From contig SCRA01000017.1 in assembly GCA_004297985.1 (NCBI GenBank), positions 28,941-92,940 of the forward strand: a stretch of DNA of 64,000 nucleotides. Reading direction: 5' to 3'. The notes beneath the pieces were generated by a model. The model was not told the origin of the DNA, made no database searches, and was given only the letters and a program-made list of their open reading frames with translations. This stretch comes from a bacterium. Its GTDB lineage: Bacteria > Vulcanimicrobiota > Vulcanimicrobiia > Vulcanimicrobiales > SCRA01. Below, one piece after another: positions 42,020-49,640 of this stretch. The first letter of the stretch is position 1, and each line of letters opens with the position of its first letter. The translations under genes were made by a program, and so were the position numbers.

Positions 42020-42871
42020 TTAGCGGCTTCGCTTGCCCCATTCGACGTTAGCCGTGGTGAGCGCCCCCGACGAGACCCTCCAGGTTCGCAGGATCTTCGC
42101 GTACTCCCCGTCGGCGATCACGGCACGAAGCGCCTGCTGCAGCGCATGCAGCAGTGGCGTCTCGCCGTTGCGGACGCCGATGCCGTATGGCGCGATGCCA
42201 AAGCGCCGCCCCACGACTTCGAAGGCGCCGCGCGACTCCCTCGCGTCGTAGGCCGCCACGGGGAAGTCGGCGATGTGGGCCACCGATCGTCCGTTCCTCA
42301 GCAGCTCGAGGGCGTCGGCATCGGTCGTCATGGCCAGCACTTCAATGGCCCCACGGTGCCCGATGATGCAAGTCAGCGTGGCCTGCGTCATCTCGGAACG
42401 CCGGCTGATCCGGCGCTCCATGCCGATTTGCTTGCCGCAGAGATCGGCAGTGCCGTGCACCCGCTCGGGGTTGCCGCCACGGACGAGGATGCTGTTCCAC
42501 GTCAGGAAGTAGTCGACGAAATCGATGCGCCGCAAGCGCTCGGGCGTGACGCGCATCGCCGACATGATGATATCGAAACGCTCCGCCTCCAGTTGCGGGA
42601 TGAGCGCGTCGAACGGCGTGTCCTCGAAGCGCACGCGTACGCCGAGCTTGCGTCCCAAAGCCCGCGCGAGGTCGGCGTCCATGCCCTCGACGTTGCCGTT
42701 GGCGGGGTTGCGGAACTCGATGGGCGGGTGGCTGGCGTCGGTGCCGACGATGAGCACCCCCGCCTGCCGCACGCTGCGCGGCAGCATCGCGTGGAGCGAT
42801 GTGGCAGCGCGCGCATGAGCAGGGAACACCAGCGCAAAGAGGGCGAGCAGGACGAGCGGGGAGACTCGCAC
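42020..42871 (-). CDS. Polar amino acid ABC transporter substrate-binding protein
   Basis: GTG 42871 lies behind GAAGGAG. It has a signal peptide (VRVSPLVLLALFALVFPAHARA) and the type II PBP pattern (GVLIVGTDASHPPIEF ... GMDADLARALGRKLG ... FDALIPQLEAERFDIIMSAM). Confidence 0.85.
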   Translation of the reverse strand: MRVSPLVLLALFALVFPAHARAATSLHAMLPRSVRQAGVLIVGTDASHPPIEFRNPANGNVEGMDADLARALGRKLGVRVRFEDTPFDALIPQLEAERFDIIMSAMRVTPERLRRIDFVDYFLTWNSILVRGGNPERVHGTADLCGKQIGMERRISRRSEMTQATLTCIIGHRGAIEVLAMTTDADALELLRNGRSVAHIADFPVAAYDARESRGAFEVVGRRFGIAPYGIGVRNGETPLLHALQQALRAVIADGEYAKILRTWRVSSGALTTANVEWGKRSR

Positions 42872-42881
42872 GGCGACTCCT

Positions 42882-44000
42882 TCAGAGCACGCGCTCGAGG
42901 CGTTCGTTGGGGCGGAACGGTCGCCCCACCTTGTGGCACTCGCGCATCTCACCGTCGCGCTCCACCAGTGCGATGTCAGCCGTATAGTCGTACTTCCCCG
43001 AGCCTTCGAAGAAGGCGCTGCCCACGGCGTAGGCGTTGACGGGTACCCGTTCCTCTTCGAACAGGCGGATCTTGTTGGGGTTGAAGCCGCCGCTGACCAC
43101 GATCTTCACCCAATTGAATCCGGCGCCGTCTAGTGCCGCCCGAACGTTGCGGGCGAGCTGTGGGTTGACGCCGGTAGGTGTGAACGTGCCCATCATCGGC
43201 CACAGCGAGCGGTCGACCAGCGTGGAGCTCGTGTCGAGGCGAACGCCCCACAGGCGGCGGCCGAGATCGCGCGCGACGGCGAGGCTCGTGCCCACGCAGT
43301 CGTTCTCGAAGTCGACCAGGGCGATGAGGTTGATGTCGTCGGGCATGAGCTCCGCGAACTTGCGGCTGGCCATCACCGTGTCGCCTCCGTAAGCGGCGAT
43401 CAGCGCATGGGGCACCGTGCCCATGCCCTTTGCGCCCCACCATTCGGCATTGGCGTCCGTGGAGACGCCCAGCGCTCCGGAGACCAGCGCGGCGTAGCCG
43501 TCGCCCGTCTGCACGAGATGGTGGTCGAAACGCGCGGGGAAGAAGAGCACGTCCTTCCCGTTGGCGGCGCGCACGATATTGCGCGCGTTCGTGCAGATGC
43601 GCGTGCGGCGCGCCAGCACGCCCAGGTAGAGCGTCTCCAGATGGGCGAAGAGCGCGTAGTCGCCCTCGATCGTCATCACCGTCTCGTACGGGCGCACGGG
43701 GTCGCCGTCGTGGAGAGCGTGGACGGTGAGTTCCGGCCAGCCGTCGTGCCAGTTGCCGCCCTCGCGCGCGAAGCCGCTGCAAAGCTTGAGGATCGCGATG
43801 GCCTCGTCGACACCGCACGCCACCGCCTCGCTTCGCTGGAAGACCTGCATCAGCACGCGCGGGTGGTAGCGGTCGCGCAGCAGGATCTCACGCGAGCGGT
43901 TGAAGTAGACGTCCGAGTAGTAGCCTGCTCGCATGCGTTCGATGGGGAGGTTGAGGATGGCCGGGTCGAGCCGCCGGCCCGCGGTCGTCGGAGGCGTCAC
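42882..44000 (-). CDS. Nicotinate phosphoribosyltransferase-family protein (type II PRTase)
   Basis: The N-terminal pattern YYSDVYFNRSREIL and the barrel region (GTVPHALIAAYGGD ... VRLDTS) are present. The GTG start overlaps the upstream stop (GTGA). Confidence 0.8.
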   Translation of the reverse strand: MTPPTTAGRRLDPAILNLPIERMRAGYYSDVYFNRSREILLRDRYHPRVLMQVFQRSEAVACGVDEAIAILKLCSGFAREGGNWHDGWPELTVHALHDGDPVRPYETVMTIEGDYALFAHLETLYLGVLARRTRICTNARNIVRAANGKDVLFFPARFDHHLVQTGDGYAALVSGALGVSTDANAEWWGAKGMGTVPHALIAAYGGDTVMASRKFAELMPDDINLIALVDFENDCVGTSLAVARDLGRRLWGVRLDTSSTLVDRSLWPMMGTFTPTGVNPQLARNVRAALDGAGFNWVKIVVSGGFNPNKIRLFEEERVPVNAYAVGSAFFEGSGKYDYTADIALVERDGEMRECHKVGRPFRPNERLERVL

Positions 44001-44293
44001 GCGCGGCGTACCGGCTGGTAGCAGACCGTGATGAGCTCTTTGGCCGGCACGATGGCGGGATCGTCCCAGTAGACGTCGCCGGGCGGTCCGTCGCTCACGT
44101 AGCCGTTCTCGGCGATCCAGGAGAAGAGTTGGGCGAAGGAGTCGGATATCTCCGAGTAGTCGCCCACATGGGTGGTTACGGCATACGAGTGCGCGTTGGG
44201 AAATCCCGACATGATGCGGCAGGTGCCGGACTCCGCGAGGTCGAGCAGCACCCGAGGCACTTGGCGGTGCAAGGAGCGGTCGAGTTGACGCAT
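43997..44293 (-). CDS. Short GyrI-like (SHS2) domain protein, about half a canonical domain
   Basis: The 98-aa product ends ...THVGDYSEISDSFAQLFSWIAENGYVSDGPPGDVYWDDPAIVPAKELITVCYQPV, resembling the second half of GyrI-like effector-binding domains. It is coupled to the NAPRT-like gene. Upstream extension is impossible because polX starts at 44336. Confidence 0.45.
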   Translation of the reverse strand: MRQLDRSLHRQVPRVLLDLAESGTCRIMSGFPNAHSYAVTTHVGDYSEISDSFAQLFSWIAENGYVSDGPPGDVYWDDPAIVPAKELITVCYQPVRRA

Positions 44294-44335
44294 GGCGGGA
44301 GAATACGGCGGCCCCGGCGGCGAACCCCCGTCGAA

Positions 44336-46084
44336 ATGCCGAGCAATGCGGAAGTAGCCCAGCGGCTCGTGGAGATCCGCCAGCTCATGGAGTTCGCCGG
44401 CGAGGCGTACTTCGAGTTCATGGCCTACGAAAAGGCGGCCGCCGCAGTGGCTCAGGCGCCGCCGCTGGCCGATGTGATCGCCCGCGGGGGACTGGAGGAT
44501 GTCCCCGGCGTCGGCACGCGGATCGCCGCGAATATTCGCGAGATCGTCGAGACAGGCAGCTCGAAGAAGCTCGGTGAGCTGTTGGCGCGTTACCCGGCGG
44601 GCATTCTGGAGCTGCTCGAAGTTCCCGGAGTCGGCATGAAGACGGCGCGCGCTCTCTTCGATCAGTTGAAGGTCGCCAGCCCGGAGGATCTCGAGCGAGC
44701 GGTTGCCGAGGGCAAGCTCGAGGGCTTCGCGCGCATGGGCCCCAAAACGATCGAGAACATCAAGCGTGGCCTGCTGGCCCGCCGAGGGCGCTCGCACCGC
44801 TGGCCGATCGGAACGGCGCTCCCGCTGGCGCAAGGGATCATGGCGCGTTTGCGCGCGGCGGCGCCGGTGGAGCAGATCGCCTACGCGGGGTCGTTACGCC
44901 GCGGCGAGCCTTCCGTCGGCGACATCGACATCGTCTGCACGTCGGGCGAGCCGAAGGACGTGATGAAGGTGTTTACCTCCCTGCCGGAGGCGGCTGCCGT
45001 GCTCGGCGAGGGCGAGACCAAGGCTTCCATCTGGAACGCGCAGGGGCTGCAGGTCGATCTGCGCGTCGTCCCCGTGGCCAATTGGGGCAACCTGCTCCAG
45101 CACTTCACGGGGAGCCGCGAGCATAACGTGCAGCTTCGCGAGATGGCGGTCAAACGCGGCCTGCGCGTGAGCGAGAACGGTATCCTCGACGTGGCGACAG
45201 GGAAGAATCGCACGTTCACGAGCGAGGAGGAAGTCTACGCCGCGCTAGACTTGCCCTTCATCCCGCCCGAGCTGCGGCTGGGAAGCGGGGAGCTCGACGC
45301 CGCACGGCGCAACAAGCTGCCCAAGCTCGTGGAGGCCCAGGACCTGCGCGGTGACCTGCATATGCACAGCTCCTGGTCGGATGGGCGCAACGCGCTGGAG
45401 GAGATGGTCGCGGCCTGTGCCGCCAAGGGCTACGCCTACCACGCCGTCTCCGATCACTCATGGGGGCGTGGGTCGAAGTACGGTATGAGCCCCGAGGATG
45501 TGCGCAAGCAGATCGAGGCGATTCGTGCGCTGGGGAGCAAGCACGGCGTGCGCACGCTCTGCAGTGCCGAAGTCGACATCCTTCCCGACGGTTCGCTCGA
45601 CTTCGATGACGATCTGCTGGAGAAGCTGGACTTCGTGATGGCCAGCGTGCATTCTGCGCGCACCATCGGCCGCGAGAAGATGACGGCGCGGCTGATCCGC
45701 GCCATCGAGCACCCGTGCGTCAACGCCGTCGGCCATCCCACGGGGCGCAACGTGCCGGCTGGGACGGCGTACGAGTTCGATGCCGAGGCCGTTTTCGCGG
45801 CAGCGGCACGCACGGGTACGGCGCTAGAGATGAACGGCAACCCCGATCGCCTCGATCTCCCCAACCAATTGGCGCGCCGCGCCGCGGAGCTAGGCGCGAT
45901 GCTCGTCCTGGACTCCGACGCCCACGACGTGCAGCAGCTCGAGCGCATCTCCTATGCCCTGACCCAGGCGCGCCGCGCGTGGCTCGAGCCCAAGCACGTC
46001 CTCAACTCGCGTACGCTGGAGGACCTGCAGGCGTTCGTCGACGCCAAGCGCGGCGCGCATCGCGCCGCCAAGCGCAAGCGCTGA
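44336..46084 (+). CDS. polX: DNA polymerase/3'-5' exonuclease PolX (Pol beta-like domain + PHP domain)
   Basis: The HhH motifs (VPGVGTRIA, VPGVGMKTA), the nucleotidyltransferase motif (GSLRRGEPSVGDIDIV) and the PHP domain (GDLHMHSSWSDG ... SDHS ... DSDAH) are present. Confidence 0.9.
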   Translation: MPSNAEVAQRLVEIRQLMEFAGEAYFEFMAYEKAAAAVAQAPPLADVIARGGLEDVPGVGTRIAANIREIVETGSSKKLGELLARYPAGILELLEVPGVGMKTARALFDQLKVASPEDLERAVAEGKLEGFARMGPKTIENIKRGLLARRGRSHRWPIGTALPLAQGIMARLRAAAPVEQIAYAGSLRRGEPSVGDIDIVCTSGEPKDVMKVFTSLPEAAAVLGEGETKASIWNAQGLQVDLRVVPVANWGNLLQHFTGSREHNVQLREMAVKRGLRVSENGILDVATGKNRTFTSEEEVYAALDLPFIPPELRLGSGELDAARRNKLPKLVEAQDLRGDLHMHSSWSDGRNALEEMVAACAAKGYAYHAVSDHSWGRGSKYGMSPEDVRKQIEAIRALGSKHGVRTLCSAEVDILPDGSLDFDDDLLEKLDFVMASVHSARTIGREKMTARLIRAIEHPCVNAVGHPTGRNVPAGTAYEFDAEAVFAAAARTGTALEMNGNPDRLDLPNQLARRAAELGAMLVLDSDAHDVQQLERISYALTQARRAWLEPKHVLNSRTLEDLQAFVDAKRGAHRAAKRKR

Positions 46085-46087
46085 TCG

Positions 46088-46744
46088 CTACCGCGGGGCG
46101 GGCGGATTGGCGGCCGCGAAGGCGGCGTAGGCGTCCTCGTCTCTGAGCATCGCCGCGACGATGGCCGCCAGCGGCTCGTAGCGGTAGACGCCGGAGAGGA
46201 TCGCCGTGTCGCCGATGGCGCTGCGCATGACGAAAGTGGGCCGCTGATCGACGCCGTGCGCGCCCAGCGCCGTGAAGTCGGCCGTGCTCTCGTAGATGCG
46301 AGCGATCACCGCGGGGTCTCGCATCTTCTCCGCCAGCGCCTTGACATCGAGGTTGCCGGCGGCCGCCGCGATCTCCACCGCGACGTCGTGCTCTCCCACG
46401 CGCTTGCCCTCGCGCATCGCCGCGCGCGCCAGTGCCAGACGCACGCGGTCGTCGCCGCAGCCTAGTGCACGTGCCGCCTCCGCTGCCAGGTTCGCCTCTA
46501 GCGTCGCCGTCTGAGGACCTTCCAGCCAAGCGGGATCGAAGGAGAACCCAGTGGCCGCCTCGGTGCGCCGGTAGTACCAGGCCTCGAGCGCGCGCGAGTT
46601 GCCCATGGGGCCGCCGCCGCTGAGAATAGCGATGCGCCACGTGATGTCGATGCGCGCGCCGTGCTCGCCACGGATGCGCGCGACGGCGTCTTCAGCGATG
46701 AGGCACCACGAGGAGAGGACGTCGAGGTAGTAGGTGATCTCCAT
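46088..46744 (-). CDS. DsbA-family (FrnE/HCCA isomerase-like) thioredoxin-fold protein with SxxC motif
   Basis: MEITYYLDVLSSWCLIAEDAV aligns with the DsbA-like xxDxxCPWC region but reads SSWC. The C-terminal part reads GVDQRPTFVM. Confidence 0.7.
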   Translation of the reverse strand: MEITYYLDVLSSWCLIAEDAVARIRGEHGARIDITWRIAILSGGGPMGNSRALEAWYYRRTEAATGFSFDPAWLEGPQTATLEANLAAEAARALGCGDDRVRLALARAAMREGKRVGEHDVAVEIAAAAGNLDVKALAEKMRDPAVIARIYESTADFTALGAHGVDQRPTFVMRSAIGDTAILSGVYRYEPLAAIVAAMLRDEDAYAAFAAANPPAPR

Positions 46745-46788
46745 GGCGCCTGCTTCGTGCCCGCAGGTCGAGGCGCCCTTGGCGGCGC

Positions 46789-48144
46789 TCACGACGTTGC
46801 GTCGAACGGCATGCGAATCGTGACGGTCGTGCCGCGTCCAGCGGCGCTCCCGAGTTCGATCGCCCCGCCGGCGCGTTCCACGGCGCGCTTGGCGATCGCT
46901 AGACCCAAGCCGGCGCCGCCCACGTCGCCGCGCGACTCGCCGCGGAAGAAGCGTTCGAAGGCGTGGGCGCGCTCGTCGGCGCTCATTCCCGGACCCGCGT
47001 CTACGACACGCAGCAGCGCGTTGGCTCCGTTACGTGCGATGGCGATCTCGACGGGCGCCCCGGGGGCGTATTTCAGCGCGTTGTCGACGATGGCGCGCAG
47101 CGCCTCTCGCAGCTCCCCCTCGTCGGCGTGAACGGTAATGCTCTCCTGCGCCGTGCAGCGTACGGGCGTGCCCGGGGTGAGGCTGTTGGCCGCCTCCGCG
47201 ACGTCGGCGGCCATGTGCGTCAGATCGAAGGCGGCGGTCTGCGGCGGTGCGTCACCGTCGAGCCGCGCCAGGCGCAGCAGGCGGTCGATCAGGGTCCGCA
47301 TGCGCATCCCCTCCTCGCCCATGGTCTCGAGAATCTGCGCGGCGACGGCGGGCTCCGCCATCGCACCACGGCGCAGAACGTCGATATACCCGGCGATCAC
47401 CGTCAGCGGCGTTCGCAGCTCGTGCCCGGCATCGGCGACGAACTGACGCATGCGCGTCTCCGTGCGCAGACGCTCCTCCATCGCCGCGGCAACGCGCTCC
47501 GCGGCCGCGTTGTACGCCGCGCCAAGCGCCCCGATCTCGCTGCTTTCGCTCATCGAGAAGGTGCGCCGCGAAAAGTCGCCGGTGGCGAGCGTCGATAGCG
47601 CGCCGGTAACGTCGGTCAACGGTTGCAGAGCACGCGCGGCGAAGGCTCTTCCCACGAGCCAGGCCAGCAGAACCGCCACCACCAGCGAGGCGGCGGCCAG
47701 CCACCAGTACGGCTCCAGCAAAGTCCAGATCACGCCCGAGGACGGGGCGATCACTGCGAAGCCATGCGGCAGCACGATGACCGGCGACTCCTGCGGCGCG
47801 CCGCGGTGCAAGAGCTCGGGACGCGTCAAGACGCGCACGCCGGCGTCCTTGAGCGCCGGATCGCCGGCGAGCAGGTCGCCCTTCTCGTCGAACACGGCGG
47901 CATTGAGGCCGCTCTCATGGATGTGCGCTACGAGCTGCGCAGCCAATGCCTCCTGTGTCAGACTCTGCTTGAGAAGCTCCTGCGTGAAGCGGTGCGCGTC
48001 GTAGCGCTTGGCGACGTAAATGTCACGGTAGATATCGCCCAGACGGTTGACCAGCAGCAGCGAAGAGCCCAGCGTCACCAGCAGGATCAGTGCGGCGAAG
48101 AGACCCACGTACCACGTCGTCAGCCGCGAGACCAGCGAGCTCAT
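46789..48144 (-). CDS. Two-component sensor histidine kinase
   Basis: It has two TM segments, a HAMP-like linker, an H-box (HELRTPLTVIAGY), an N-box (DNALKY) and G-boxes (DAGPGM, GGAGLGLAI). Confidence 0.9.
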   Translation of the reverse strand: MSSLVSRLTTWYVGLFAALILLVTLGSSLLLVNRLGDIYRDIYVAKRYDAHRFTQELLKQSLTQEALAAQLVAHIHESGLNAAVFDEKGDLLAGDPALKDAGVRVLTRPELLHRGAPQESPVIVLPHGFAVIAPSSGVIWTLLEPYWWLAAASLVVAVLLAWLVGRAFAARALQPLTDVTGALSTLATGDFSRRTFSMSESSEIGALGAAYNAAAERVAAAMEERLRTETRMRQFVADAGHELRTPLTVIAGYIDVLRRGAMAEPAVAAQILETMGEEGMRMRTLIDRLLRLARLDGDAPPQTAAFDLTHMAADVAEAANSLTPGTPVRCTAQESITVHADEGELREALRAIVDNALKYAPGAPVEIAIARNGANALLRVVDAGPGMSADERAHAFERFFRGESRGDVGGAGLGLAIAKRAVERAGGAIELGSAAGRGTTVTIRMPFDATS

Positions 48145-48812
48145 GCGCCGACACCTTCGCGCAACGAATAGCCTACTCCGCGCACGGTCTGGATGAGCGG
48201 CGCCTCGCCGCCGGCGTCGAGCTTGGCGCGCAGATACGAGACGTAGGTTTCCACGATGCTGGGGTTGCCTTCGAAATCGTGCCCCCAGACCGTATCGAGG
48301 AGCTGCTCCTTACTCCAGACGCGCCGCGGCTCGCGGATCAGCGTCAGCAGGAGATCGTATTCGCGGGGCGTGAGATCGATGTGGCGTTCGCCGCGCGACA
48401 CCTCGCGCCGCTCGAGGTCCACGTAGAGGTCGGCGAAGTGGAGCGTCTCCGTGGTCGCCAGGCGCGGGCGGCGCAAGGCGGCCGTGAGCCGCGCCAGCAG
48501 CTCCTCGAAGGCGAACGGCTTGGGCAGGTAGTCGTCGGCGCCGCGCGCCAGCCCCTCGATGCGATCGGAGATGTCTCCGCGTGCCGTCAGCATCAGAATC
48601 GGCGCCTCCGTTTGGCGGCGCAGCAACGGCAGCAGTGCGAAGCCGTCGATCTTCGGCAGCATGACGTCGAGCACGATCACGTCAGGCTCCCAGTCGCGCA
48701 CGAGCGCAAGGGCCGCTTGTCCGTCCGCCGCGCAGCGGACGAGGTAGCCCTCGCGGCCGAGGCCCAACTCGAGCATCTCGCGGATGTGGCGTTCGTCGTC
48801 GACGACGGCCAC
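48141..48812 (-). CDS. OmpR/PhoB-family response regulator
   Basis: The receiver domain (VAVVDDE ... VIVLDVMLPKIDG) and winged helix (VETYVSYLRAKLD ... IQTVRGVGYSL) are present. I set the start at GTG 48812, because the ORF-track ATG 48884 would overlap the upstream gene by 47 nt. The stop overlaps the kinase start. Confidence 0.9.
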   Translation of the reverse strand: MAVVDDERHIREMLELGLGREGYLVRCAADGQAALALVRDWEPDVIVLDVMLPKIDGFALLPLLRRQTEAPILMLTARGDISDRIEGLARGADDYLPKPFAFEELLARLTAALRRPRLATTETLHFADLYVDLERREVSRGERHIDLTPREYDLLLTLIREPRRVWSKEQLLDTVWGHDFEGNPSIVETYVSYLRAKLDAGGEAPLIQTVRGVGYSLREGVGA

Positions 48813-48837
48813 GCGCGGCGTGCGGTTGTCGATGCGG

Positions 48838-49476
48838 TTATCCTCTCGGCGGCGTTGCGATCGTGAGCAGGAAGCGCCCTGCATCGACGTGGTGCGTTCG
48901 CGCCGCGTGCTGCTGCATCTTCGCCGACCAGGCGTCGAGCTTCTGCTGCTGGCCGCTCGTCAAGAGCGGGCGTAATTGAGCCGCCGTCGAAGCCAGAACT
49001 CTGCCGCGCTCGCTCCCCAGGCTCCGACGCTGGGCGAGCACCGCCTGGTTCTCTTGAGGGGTGAGGAGAGCATCGATCTCGCCGGCGCCCTTGGCGGTGA
49101 TCGGCGCGATCTGGTCGTGCAGGGCCTTGCGGCGCTGCGCCGTGCTCGTGGAGGCGCCGGCGGAGGAGCGAGTGGCGAACAGGGCGCGGACCTGGCCCCG
49201 GGTGGCCGCGGCGATCTGCTCCACACGGCTGCGGTGATCGGGGCTCAGCGCGCCGAGCGCGGCATCGTGAGCTTGGCCGCGCAGGTCGCGTAAGCGGCGT
49301 GCCCCGTCGCGTAGGATCGGTTCGGCCTGCTGCCGCTCCGCGGGGGTGAGGCTCAAGGCACGTTCGATTGGCGCCGCGTGGTGAGTCCCCGTCTCGGCCT
49401 GGGCGACGACGCCCGCGAGGACGGGGGCCGCCGAGAAGGTCGCGATGATGATGAGCGCGCTGAGAAACTCCTTCAT
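48838..49476 (-). CDS. Periplasmic Spy/CpxP-like (LTxxQ-repeat) protein
   Basis: It has a signal peptide (MKEFLSALIIIATFSAAPVLAGVVAQA) and repeated LTP(A/Q)E.Q / LTSGQQQKL motifs in a helical Arg/Ala-rich body. It is the first gene of the RR-HK operon. Confidence 0.65.
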   Translation of the reverse strand: MKEFLSALIIIATFSAAPVLAGVVAQAETGTHHAAPIERALSLTPAERQQAEPILRDGARRLRDLRGQAHDAALGALSPDHRSRVEQIAAATRGQVRALFATRSSAGASTSTAQRRKALHDQIAPITAKGAGEIDALLTPQENQAVLAQRRSLGSERGRVLASTAAQLRPLLTSGQQQKLDAWSAKMQQHAARTHHVDAGRFLLTIATPPRG

Positions 49477-49483
49477 GGCGTTG

Positions 49484-49532
49484 ATTGTACGGATCCCCCC
49501 TGAGTTTGCACTGAGAAAAACCTGAAGACTTC
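49484..49532 (-). promoter_or_regulatory. Near-leaderless promoter of the CpxP-like gene plus three 11-bp-phased CTGA(G/A) direct repeats
   Basis: On the minus strand a TACAAT box (reverse complement of 49484-49489) lies 7 nt before the ATG. On the plus strand CTGAG, CTGAG and CTGAA start at 49500, 49511 and 49522, covering the -23 to -49 region where a canonical -35 is missing. Confidence 0.4.
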
Positions 49533-49640
49533 AAGAAGATGGGGTCTTCGCCGAGAGGAAGACCATCCGCCTGAGCAAACTCTCACCGGCACCAGCCGTT
49601 TCGCAATGCATCTCGGCATATCGCTCGATGGAGGTCCTTC

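Noticed and set aside
48813-48884. The longer response-regulator start at ATG 48884.
   Set aside because: It would overlap the CpxP-like gene by 47 nt and add a non-conserved Arg-rich N-terminus. GTG 48812 gives a canonical ~224-aa OmpR-family protein. An ATC preceded by GAGAGGA at 48827 remains a remote alternative.
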